The notes beneath the pieces are model-generated. The model was given only the letters and a program-made list of their open reading frames with translations, was not told where the DNA came from and searched no databases. The translations under genes were made by a program, and so were the position numbers. This document shows positions 1 to 8,608 of a DNA stretch of 64,000 nucleotides, one piece after another. This stretch comes from Candidatus Heimdallarchaeota archaeon (GTDB taxonomy: Archaea > Asgardarchaeota > Heimdallarchaeia > JABLTI01). Location of the stretch: assembly GCA_019056785.1 (NCBI GenBank), contig DXJV01000059.1, positions 1-64,000 on the forward strand, in the 5' to 3' direction. The first letter of the stretch is position 1; every line of letters starts with the position of its first letter.

Positions 1-225
1 GAGTTCGTGATCTTCTTTTCGAATGAATTCGCGATACATATAATAGAGGTCCAAATTTTCCTTCTGATTAGCGAACCAATCAGCATCATAAATTACCTCT
101 TTCATATCAAACAGTTTTCTAGTTGTATAAGTGGGGTTTTCCACGCCCCCTTTCACAATCTTCCCTGTTTCACTGTCAACCACAAGTTCAAAAGGTACGT
201 AAGAGCTTAAATCAATTTCAGTCAT
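1..225 (-). CDS. Cupin-type (archaeal) glucose-6-phosphate isomerase, N-terminal part; runs off the left edge
   Basis: Not in the ORF track. Manual translation from ATG at 225 is open to position 1: MTEIDLSSYVPFELVVDSETGKIVKGGVENPTYTTRKLFDMKEVIYDADWFANQKENLDLYYMYREFIRKEDHEL. RKLxDMKEV.YD...LYYMYR resembles the N-terminus of cupin PGIs. Confidence 0.65.
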   Translation of the reverse strand, partial: MTEIDLSSYVPFELVVDSETGKIVKGGVENPTYTTRKLFDMKEVIYDADWFANQKENLDLYYMYREFIRKEDHEL

Positions 226-415
226 TTCAGATCATATCCAAACTTATTCTTAGTAGAATATCAGTTTTTTGATTTATTTTTCTTTGTTAGTTTATTTTCT
301 AAAGTAAAAATGAAAGGCTTATTTTTAATTTAAAGGAAAGCTTTTTCATTAACCTTTAATCTATTAAAAACCAGATGTAATTTAAATATAAATCCAGGTT
401 GAGGATTAATTAACG

Positions 416-1846
416 TTGGATAAAGAAAGTAAGGAATTCTTTTCGATTGATACCGTTATATTTGACGAAGAGCCGGCAGAGGAAGATAATGATGAGGTTG
501 ACCTTGACCTCCTTGAGCCAGAAGAAGTCTTTGAGGAACTCTTTGAAAAACTGAATCCATTAACAATCCCGGCAGTTGTGTTGGGAGTGATTTTATTAAT
601 AATTAACTTCACCAAAGTTTTGGATGGTTTCCCAATAAGTAAAATGGTTATTGGCTTTGTTGGAGGGTTGTCATTTGTTTTTGGATGCTCTGAATTGATC
701 ATATTTGGTGTGAAAGGCATTGCAAAGAAATTTAATTGGTCGTCCTATTTTATGGGTATTATTGCTGCCATCGGAGCAGACTCGAGTGATATTGTTGTTG
801 TCTCTATTCTATTGCTTCGTGCAAAAAAATTGCTTGCTACTGGTGATGCTGATAATATCGTTTTAGGGAATGAATTAGCCCTGACCAGCATTACCTTTCT
901 TTTAACAACGGTCCTCATCAATTTGCTGATTTTGGGCATTACAATGATTGTTGTGTCCCGGAAAAAGCCTTTCAAGTTGCCTCCAGAGCTTTCTAGTACA
1001 GAATCTAATTTAATTTTAGGAATGGCTATTTTTTCCTTTATCTTGATCACTTTTGGCTTTACTCACAATTCAATTGGTATTGCAGAATTCGACCGCGTCT
1101 TTCAAGGTGTGATTGGTTCAGCGTTACTGCTATTTTACTTTATGTTCATTCTATTCCTTATTGGTGATACGAAGCAAAAACGCTCGTCAAAAATAGGACC
1201 TCAAGTTCTTATCTCAGAATATTTCCCAGAAGAAGAGGAACTGGAAAAATTACCTTTAGCACAAAAGGATCAAAGAAAAGAGCGTTTCATTCAAAGAGTG
1301 AAAAAATTCTTCAAGAAAGATAACGATCAAGAAGAAAAAGAACAATACATTGCTCTTCGAAGGTTTCCAATTTACGTTTTAATTCTTACCTTTACAGTGG
1401 GTATTGCTGGCATTTTCTTTGGAGGTAAGATGATCTCTGAATCTATAGAATTTGCATTAGTGCAGTATAAGCTCCCCATCCTCCTCTACAGTGTTATTGT
1501 AGGGTTTGTTTCTACTGCACCAGAAATGAGCATTACCTTTCGTACCATTGTTAAGCCGGAAGCAGAAGATACAAAGATAGGCTTAATTCATCAAGTTTCC
1601 TCTGTTAACCAAACCTTTTTCCTACTGTTTGGCTTTCCTTTCCTATTTGCTTCTATTGTGAATATTTATATCCCTGTTGCTCTTGATACAACATTAGTTT
1701 TTACGGGAATTTTTGCCATTTCTCTCGCGCTTCATTTAATGATCATTGATGATAACCAATTTGACCGTGTTGAGGGGACATTGATTCTCATTGCTTCTAT
1801 AGCTAGTCTCTTGTCTTTAGCAATAATCGGTGGCGCACTCCACTAA
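416..1846 (+). CDS. Ca2+:cation antiporter (CaCA) family membrane protein, paralogue 1
   Basis: Two hydrophobic halves around a hydrophilic loop. Alpha-2-like motif VSTAPEM, degenerate alpha-1 AIGADSSD, acidic N-terminus. Confidence 0.75.
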   Translation: MDKESKEFFSIDTVIFDEEPAEEDNDEVDLDLLEPEEVFEELFEKLNPLTIPAVVLGVILLIINFTKVLDGFPISKMVIGFVGGLSFVFGCSELIIFGVKGIAKKFNWSSYFMGIIAAIGADSSDIVVVSILLLRAKKLLATGDADNIVLGNELALTSITFLLTTVLINLLILGITMIVVSRKKPFKLPPELSSTESNLILGMAIFSFILITFGFTHNSIGIAEFDRVFQGVIGSALLLFYFMFILFLIGDTKQKRSSKIGPQVLISEYFPEEEELEKLPLAQKDQRKERFIQRVKKFFKKDNDQEEKEQYIALRRFPIYVLILTFTVGIAGIFFGGKMISESIEFALVQYKLPILLYSVIVGFVSTAPEMSITFRTIVKPEAEDTKIGLIHQVSSVNQTFFLLFGFPFLFASIVNIYIPVALDTTLVFTGIFAISLALHLMIIDDNQFDRVEGTLILIASIASLLSLAIIGGALH

Positions 1847-1967
1847 AAAATGGCATGAAATTACAAAAACAAGAATACCAAATGATAAATTATTTAAACA
1901 AGAATGATTTGTTTCTAAGCAGAATAGACGAATTATCTTTGTTTCACATTGAGGTAATCAATTACCA

Positions 1968-3488
1968 ATGAGTAAGAATGATAAGGAAGCAGAACCTCTC
2001 CCGAGTGATTCTGAGGAATATTATGAGCCTGAAGATTGGGACTTGCCTTCAGTTATAACAGAAGAAGAAGAAGAAGAAGAATGTCCTGAGATTCTTGAAA
2101 TAATTGAACCGGAAGAAGCAATTGGCACTCTTTTCGAGAACATTCACATCTCAACGATTGTAACCTTTCTATTAGGGATTTTCACAGCGATATTTTTCTA
2201 TCTTGCAAAAACCGTTTTCTCTCACATCTTTCCAGGTTGGTCACAAGTTTTGCTTGGCTTTTTAGCTGGGTTATTAATTGTCTTTGGCGCTTCGGAAATT
2301 ATCATCCTTGCAGTTAAAGGAATAAAAGATAAACTCAATTGGAACCCTTACTTGGGCGGTATTCTTAGCGCAATTGGCGCAGCACTCGCAGAACTGGTTG
2401 TTGTTACTGTCTTGTTAATTCGTTCTGAGGTTGATAACAATCCTGATCTTGCAATAACATCCATTACTTTAATTCTCACCACTGTTATCATCAACATTTT
2501 CTTTCTGGGCCTTTCGATCATATTTGTCTCGAGAAAAGAGCCATTCGAATTGCCTAAAGAATTAACACTCTTCGAGTCCAATCTCGTCTTAGGAATGATG
2601 GTGTTTACATTTGTGATGTTATTATATGGATTCTATTATAAATTTACAGCCGGAGGACTCATTGAAACCTCTTTTAGCCGAGGGGTGGAAATCGTCATTG
2701 GCGTTGCTTTATTATTAGTCTATGGCATCTTTATAATCATCCTCGTGAAACGATTGGGTAAAAAAACATCTACGCCCCAGACTTTAATCACAGAATTCTT
2801 CCCTGATGAAGACGAGGTAATTATCAAAGAACCCTCTACTGATATTATCGAGATGCGGTTAGTAAAAACCAGAGCTGCAAGAACAGTGACTGCCCATAAT
2901 CCGCGTCCTGCTCCAGAACCTTGTGAAGTAGAATCAAAAAGTCACACCAAAAATGGCTACGATCGCCATACAGCTCTTGCTACGTTGCGTAGGTTTCCTT
3001 GGATAATAATTGTTCTCTTATTTATTGTGGGCGCTGGTGGAGTCATCTGGGGTGGCGAACTCCTCGCTTCTGCAATTGAAAAAGGACTTTATGTATTAGA
3101 AGAAGATTACAAGTTAACGGTTCCCATCCTTGTGTATGCTGTTGTAGTCGGAACTATTTCTTCTGCACCAGAATTGATCGTAACATTTCGTGGTCTCTTA
3201 AACCCAGATAAAGAAATACGTCAAGTAGGGTTAGTAAATCAGGTCTCAGCAATTAATCAAACCTTTTTCATACTCTTTGGCTTTCCTTTCCTCTTGAGCG
3301 GGATAATTGGCATCGGAATTCCGGTAAGCATAAATATCACCATTGTCATGGGTGGCATCTTTATCATGGCGGCGGCAGAGGTTCTGATGATCATTGATGA
3401 CAACAAATTTGATATTCTGGAAGGGGTAGTAATTACCATCTTGGCAAGTGTAAGTTTGCTGGCACTTGCGCTCATGGGTGGTGAATAG
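1968..3488 (+). CDS. CaCA family membrane protein, paralogue 2
   Basis: Alpha repeats AIGAALAEL and ISSAPEL. Shares blocks with the upstream gene (ESNLxLGM, ALRRFP, QVSxxNQTFF, MIIDDNxFD). Confidence 0.78.
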   Translation: MSKNDKEAEPLPSDSEEYYEPEDWDLPSVITEEEEEEECPEILEIIEPEEAIGTLFENIHISTIVTFLLGIFTAIFFYLAKTVFSHIFPGWSQVLLGFLAGLLIVFGASEIIILAVKGIKDKLNWNPYLGGILSAIGAALAELVVVTVLLIRSEVDNNPDLAITSITLILTTVIINIFFLGLSIIFVSRKEPFELPKELTLFESNLVLGMMVFTFVMLLYGFYYKFTAGGLIETSFSRGVEIVIGVALLLVYGIFIIILVKRLGKKTSTPQTLITEFFPDEDEVIIKEPSTDIIEMRLVKTRAARTVTAHNPRPAPEPCEVESKSHTKNGYDRHTALATLRRFPWIIIVLLFIVGAGGVIWGGELLASAIEKGLYVLEEDYKLTVPILVYAVVVGTISSAPELIVTFRGLLNPDKEIRQVGLVNQVSAINQTFFILFGFPFLLSGIIGIGIPVSINITIVMGGIFIMAAAEVLMIIDDNKFDILEGVVITILASVSLLALALMGGE

Positions 3489-3494
3489 TCAGCT

Positions 3495-3524
3495 AAAAAA
3501 AAGAAGAGCCTAAAAAAGGCTCTT
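3495..3524 (-). terminator. Hairpin plus U-tract terminator-like element between convergent genes
   Basis: AAGAGCCT(3504-3511)/AGGCTCTT(3517-3524) perfect 8-bp stem. The flanking A-run reads as a U-tract on the minus strand. Confidence 0.55.
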
Positions 3525-3537
3525 TAATTTTACTTTT

Positions 3538-4794
3538 TTAAAAGAGGTATTCTTTCTCCATATCATAGACTTCTTCGCCGTTAATGAATACTTTTGCTGC
3601 CTTCGATTGGATGTCTAATGGATCGCCGGTGAAGAGAACAATATCTGCATCTTTATCCGCTTCTAATGAACCAATGCGTTTTTCTAATCCAAGAATTTTC
3701 GCGCCATTGATGGTTATGACTTCATAAGCACCTTGTCGCGGGAGCCCTTCTCGCATTGCCAAAGCGGCGTAAAGAGTCTGGAATTGGAGCGGAACCACGG
3801 GATGGTCAGCAGTTAATGCTACAAGTACTCCTGCTTTGTACAATTCACCAATGGTCTTCCAAGTCATATCTTTTAGTTCGATTTTTGTACGAAAACCAAA
3901 GGTCGGGCCAACAATGGCAGGAATTTTATTTTTCACAAGAAAGTCGATAATTTGATGCCCGTGAGTACAGTGTTCAATAGTTATTTTTACTCCAAATTCT
4001 TTTGCTAAGCGAACAGCTGTAACAATATCGTTGGCTTGGTGTGCGTGGGCTCGCAATGGCACCTGCCGTTTAAAGACAGGAATCATTGCTTCATATTTGA
4101 TATTTACATCAGGTTTTGTGGGTTCTTGCGGTTTCTTAAGGTCCTTGTCTTTTCCTTCTTTCTTCTTTTTCTCGTATTCCTTTAACTCTTCTTTATAGTC
4201 CTTTAGTTTTTGTTCGTAGGCAGACCATTTATTCATATAGTTCTGTGTTTCAATCATTAACTGTCGAAAGAGCCCAAGATTACCCATTCTGGTGCTTGGT
4301 GTTCGATTTAAACCACCATAAACACGTTTCGGATTTTCACCGAAGGCACATTTCATACCTGCATATTCTTGAAGAACCATTTCATCGACAATTTTGCCAT
4401 GGGTTTTAATTGTCGTCATTTGCCCACCAACAACGTTCGCGCTTCCCGGTGCAATACAAAGGGTTGTTAAACCACCACTTATTGCTCGCCGTAATCCCTT
4501 TTCCATAGGATTAATTGCATCTAGGACCCGAATGTGTGGGGTGATCGGGTCTGTCATCTCGTTGCCATCTTGTAGCCCAAGGCCAATCTCTTCTTCGAAA
4601 ACAGTTGCATGACAATGGACGTCAATCAAACCTGGAAAGGCGACTTTGTCCTTGGCATCGATAATCTCAGCGTCTTTCGGGACATCAAAGCCTTTCCCAA
4701 CAGCTTTAATCTTCCCCTTCTCAATAAGAATGTGCCCATTATCAATGGGTTCTTTTGTAACCGGAATAATCTTTCCGCAAAGTATCGCTTTCAT
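3538..4794 (-). CDS. Metal-dependent amidohydrolase (imidazolonepropionase-like family)
   Basis: PGLIDVHCH, KCAFGENP, AHAH, EHC, TADHP, GSLEADKDADIV motifs. Confidence 0.9.
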   Translation of the reverse strand: MKAILCGKIIPVTKEPIDNGHILIEKGKIKAVGKGFDVPKDAEIIDAKDKVAFPGLIDVHCHATVFEEEIGLGLQDGNEMTDPITPHIRVLDAINPMEKGLRRAISGGLTTLCIAPGSANVVGGQMTTIKTHGKIVDEMVLQEYAGMKCAFGENPKRVYGGLNRTPSTRMGNLGLFRQLMIETQNYMNKWSAYEQKLKDYKEELKEYEKKKKEGKDKDLKKPQEPTKPDVNIKYEAMIPVFKRQVPLRAHAHQANDIVTAVRLAKEFGVKITIEHCTHGHQIIDFLVKNKIPAIVGPTFGFRTKIELKDMTWKTIGELYKAGVLVALTADHPVVPLQFQTLYAALAMREGLPRQGAYEVITINGAKILGLEKRIGSLEADKDADIVLFTGDPLDIQSKAAKVFINGEEVYDMEKEYLF

Positions 4795-4908
4795 GAAATA
4801 ATCACTTCGAACGAGTTATTATTCAAAACTAATTAAACATTTTGTGAGTACCTAATATTCTCTTTTTTTAAATTATTGGGGGCGTTATTCGAGAATTAAA
4901 AAGCAAGT

Positions 4909-6171
4909 TTAAAACAGCTCTTCACCATCTTCTAAATCAAAGGCTTTTTGACCGTTGATATATACTCTCATAACTTTGGTTCGCGCATCAAGTGGGTCGC
5001 CATTCAAAAGAAGAATATCAGCATCCTTTCCCGCTTCCAAAGAGCCTATCCGCTGCTCTAAGCCGAGGATTTTTGCGCCGTTGATGCTCAAAACCTCATA
5101 GGCTCCTTGCCGAGAAAGGCCTTCGCGATGGGCTAAGATGGCATAAATAAATTGGTATTGGCAATGAGTGACTGGATGATCGGATGTCAATGCTACAAGT
5201 ACTCCTGCCTTGTAAAGAATGCCGAGAGTTTTCCAAGTTTTCTTTCGAGTCTCGATTTTCGATTTGAAACTCATTGTCGGGCCTACAATGGCAGGCACTT
5301 GTTCCTTGACAAGAAAATCAGTTATGTAATGGCCTTCGCTACAATGATCGATGCATATTCTTACGTTAAATTCCTTGGCAAGACGTACAGCTGTAATGAT
5401 GTCATTAGCTTGGTGAGCATGTGCCCGCAAGGGTACTTGTCTTTTAAAAATCGGAAGCATTGCTTCATATTTAATGTTAATTTCAGGCTTGGTTGGTTCT
5501 TTTGGTTTTTGCACATTCTCCTCTTTCCCTTCTTTCATCTTTTGCTGATAGCTCTTCAAATCAGTTTTGTAGTCCTTTAATTTCTTTCGATAAGCAGCCC
5601 ACTTTTCAAGGTAGTTCTGTGTTTCAATCATAAGCTGTCGAAAGAGTCCCAAGTTGCCCATCCTCGTTGACGGGGTGACGTTTTGGCTACCATAAAGGCG
5701 TTTCGGATTCTCACCGAAGGCGCATTTCATGCCGGCATTTTCCTGCACAATCATTTCGTCGACAATTTTGCCATAGGCTTTTATTGTCGTCATCTGCCCA
5801 CCTACAACATTGCTACTCCCCGGTGCAACACAGAGGGTTGTGATCCCCCCTGCAATGGCCCGTCGTAAACCACGATCGTCGGGGTTGATAGCATCGAGTA
5901 CACGAACATGTGGTGTGATAGGGTTTGTACTTTCATTACCATCTCCCAACCCTAGCCCTACCTCCTCTTCGAATATCGATGCGTGACAATGCGGGTCAAT
6001 GATTCCTGGAAAAGCAATCCATTCCCTTGCATCGATTATTTCAACGTCCGGAGAAAAGTTGCTTGTCGTTCCAATGTCTTTTATTTTCCCGTCGTCATCA
6101 ATTAAAATGAACCCATTATCTATGGGTTTATGAGTGACAGGAATGATTTTTTTACAGAGAATAGCCTTCAA
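4909..6171 (-). CDS. Metal-dependent amidohydrolase, tandem paralogue
   Basis: PGIIDPHCH, KCAFGENP, TSDHP, GSLEAGKDADI. Colinear with 3538-4794, with long identical stretches. Confidence 0.9.
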   Translation of the reverse strand: MKAILCKKIIPVTHKPIDNGFILIDDDGKIKDIGTTSNFSPDVEIIDAREWIAFPGIIDPHCHASIFEEEVGLGLGDGNESTNPITPHVRVLDAINPDDRGLRRAIAGGITTLCVAPGSSNVVGGQMTTIKAYGKIVDEMIVQENAGMKCAFGENPKRLYGSQNVTPSTRMGNLGLFRQLMIETQNYLEKWAAYRKKLKDYKTDLKSYQQKMKEGKEENVQKPKEPTKPEINIKYEAMLPIFKRQVPLRAHAHQANDIITAVRLAKEFNVRICIDHCSEGHYITDFLVKEQVPAIVGPTMSFKSKIETRKKTWKTLGILYKAGVLVALTSDHPVTHCQYQFIYAILAHREGLSRQGAYEVLSINGAKILGLEQRIGSLEAGKDADILLLNGDPLDARTKVMRVYINGQKAFDLEDGEELF

Positions 6172-6239
6172 TCTTAATCAAGCAAACACTACATCTTGGT
6201 TGTAATTAAGTGTTTTCAAATTATTTGTTAAGACTTTCT

Positions 6240-7898
6240 TTAATCGTCTCTGCCGGGTAGCCATACCAAATTATTCTTATAATCTTCAATTTGCTGTGTT
6301 TTTTCTTCTTTATCCCAGTTTAGAATTGTTGCCATCACATCAGCAACTTTAGAAAGGCAGTCAAGCCCTTGATTCTCAAGTAATTGTAATTGTGTGCGTC
6401 GTAAGAGGAAATCACTGACTGTATAACACATTTCTTTTTCAATAGCATGCCGGATTTCAGCAAGAATGTACGGACGGTTGTCAGCTAATCGTTCCTTCAT
6501 TTTTTCATCTTCTTGTAGAATTGTGAGGATATGTTGATGGGCTGTTCCATAAGTACGAACTAAGTGGTCAGCAATATCAAACGGCAAGTCGAATTTCTTC
6601 ATAATTTCAGGAACGTGTGTCTTAAGGTAATCGGCAAGATTGGTAATGCCTGTGCCACCATGGAGAACTGCTTTCTTTGTTTTGCAACGAAAATCTTTCT
6701 TCTTTAAACTGAGAAGTTTAATAATTTTATCCACCGTTTTTTCAGCCATGTGACGAAAAATGGTGAATTTGCCACCGGTAATGGTTAATAAATTGGCCCG
6801 TGTCGAAAGGATCTTGAAGCTTCGAGAGGTCGCGCTTTCACTTTTTGCTTTTGGCGAAAGAAGGAGAGGACGAACACCCGAGTAGGCACTTAAAACGTCG
6901 TTCTTTGTCACAGCACCTGGTAAATCGTTATTAATGGCCGAAAGGACATAATCAATGTCTTCCTTTGTCACTTCTACATGGTCCAAGTTGCCAGTGAAGT
7001 CTGTATCTGTTGTACCAATCAAGGAATATTTTTTACGAAATGGTATGACAAACATTCCGCGCTTGTCGTCAGCAGTGATGACTACAACTACATCACTTTT
7101 TACTAATCGTTTTGTAATTATATGTATGCCTTTAGTTGTTCGAAGTAATTTTCTTTGATCAGCAAATTGCTGTAAGAGAGTATCTGTCCAGGGCCCAGTA
7201 GCATTAACAACAACTTTAGCTTGTACAATAAAACGCTCGCCTGTGAAAACATTCTCAACTTCGACTCCCTTAACAATTTCACCTTTCTTTGGGTGGCTGT
7301 CAATTTGAAATGAAATTGCCTTAACATAATTTGCAACAACAGCTCCAAGCTCTTGTGCTGAGAGAACCGTCTCAAGGGTCACACGTGCATCATCCATAAT
7401 TCCATCCCAATAATATAAAGCACGTTTTAATGGTTCTTTTTTCAAGTTAGGAACGAGGGCAAGTGTTTCTTTTTTATTGAGGAAGGCATGGTTCTCAGTA
7501 TTCTTAAAATTGGCAAGCAAGTCATACATTGCGCCGGCAAAAATAAGCTTCAAAAAGCTATTCTTTCCTTTCTTATAATTCGGAATGATAAAGGGAATGG
7601 GCGCAGTTTGATGAGGGCAGGCTCTAAATAACCATTGACGTTCTAAAGAGGCAATATGTACCAATTTGAATTCGCCATAGGCAAGGTAGCGAATTCCCGC
7701 ATGGACAAGCTTCGATGAACCACTGCTTGTTCCAGCACCAAAGTCACCTTTGTCAATAAGCGCTACTTTGAGGTTGCGCATTGCTGCATCCCAAGCAATT
7801 CCTGCACCGGTGATTCCTCCACCAATAACTAAAACATCAAACACTTCAGTTTTAAGTCTCTCTATATTTTCTTGTCGTTGGTGTTTTTTGCTTGCCAT
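6240..7898 (-). CDS. glpD: FAD-dependent glycerol-3-phosphate dehydrogenase/oxidase (GlpD/GlpA family)
   Basis: FDVLVIGGGITGAG, GTSSGSSKLVHAGIRYL, DDAR, NATGPW, GTTD, SGVRPL, GGKFT, LRRT. Confidence 0.9.
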   Translation of the reverse strand: MASKKHQRQENIERLKTEVFDVLVIGGGITGAGIAWDAAMRNLKVALIDKGDFGAGTSSGSSKLVHAGIRYLAYGEFKLVHIASLERQWLFRACPHQTAPIPFIIPNYKKGKNSFLKLIFAGAMYDLLANFKNTENHAFLNKKETLALVPNLKKEPLKRALYYWDGIMDDARVTLETVLSAQELGAVVANYVKAISFQIDSHPKKGEIVKGVEVENVFTGERFIVQAKVVVNATGPWTDTLLQQFADQRKLLRTTKGIHIITKRLVKSDVVVVITADDKRGMFVIPFRKKYSLIGTTDTDFTGNLDHVEVTKEDIDYVLSAINNDLPGAVTKNDVLSAYSGVRPLLLSPKAKSESATSRSFKILSTRANLLTITGGKFTIFRHMAEKTVDKIIKLLSLKKKDFRCKTKKAVLHGGTGITNLADYLKTHVPEIMKKFDLPFDIADHLVRTYGTAHQHILTILQEDEKMKERLADNRPYILAEIRHAIEKEMCYTVSDFLLRRTQLQLLENQGLDCLSKVADVMATILNWDKEEKTQQIEDYKNNLVWLPGRDD

Positions 7899-8127
7899 GA
7901 TTAACCATTTGATTAAATACTTCTGCTAAATTAAGATTTTTCCTTTCTTTTCTCTTTTGTTTGTTTCAAATGTTTTTATTTTTATAAGAAATCGTTCCTT
8001 AAAATCATCAAACTTCAATTTAAATCGAGAAATTTATTTTATTTATTAATTCATTTTTTGAAAAATTAAAGAGTATATTTAAAAAAGATGCAACAAAGAG
8101 AAAGATGAAATAGGAGAATCCAAAAAA

Positions 8128-8592
8128 ATGACAGCACTAGAAGAAATAAAAGATTATTTGCTAAAAGAATTGAAAGCAGAATTTTCTGTGAATGAACAAG
8201 TGAATTGTTTCAAAGTCTCAAAAGATAACTATTGGAAAGCAGCAAAATATCTGCAAGAGCAAAAATTTCAGCGTATGCTAACGATAAGTGCAATAGATTG
8301 GATAGAGAAAGATCTCTTTTCGGTTTACTTTATTGTACATAAGTTTCCCGAAAACATTTACGTAAAAGTTGAAACAGAGATACCACGAACCGAACCAAAA
8401 ATTACCAGCATTCATGAATTATGGCCAACTGCTGGGCTGAAAGAACGAGAAACATGGGAAATGTTTCAGATCACTTTTGAAGGTAATGATGACCTCAGAC
8501 CTTTGTTCTTAGAAGAGGAACCGGAAATCGCACCTTTTCGAAAAGAGTTTGATTGGCGAGAATTCTATAAGGCAAGCCTGACTGAAAAATAA
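8128..8592 (+). CDS. NuoC-like (complex I 30 kDa / MbxK-like) subunit
   Basis: TISAIDW, SIHELWPTAGLKERETWEMFQITFEG, PFRKEF. Confidence 0.85.
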   Translation: MTALEEIKDYLLKELKAEFSVNEQVNCFKVSKDNYWKAAKYLQEQKFQRMLTISAIDWIEKDLFSVYFIVHKFPENIYVKVETEIPRTEPKITSIHELWPTAGLKERETWEMFQITFEGNDDLRPLFLEEEPEIAPFRKEFDWREFYKASLTEK

Positions 8593-8608
8593 TAGGTATG
8601 AGAAGTGA

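Noticed and set aside
7-210. 67-aa + strand ORF
   Set aside because: Antisense shadow of the minus-strand PGI-like frame (1-225).
2061-2081. (GAA)7 microsatellite
   Set aside because: In-frame poly-Glu within an acidic N-terminus; no sign of phase variation.
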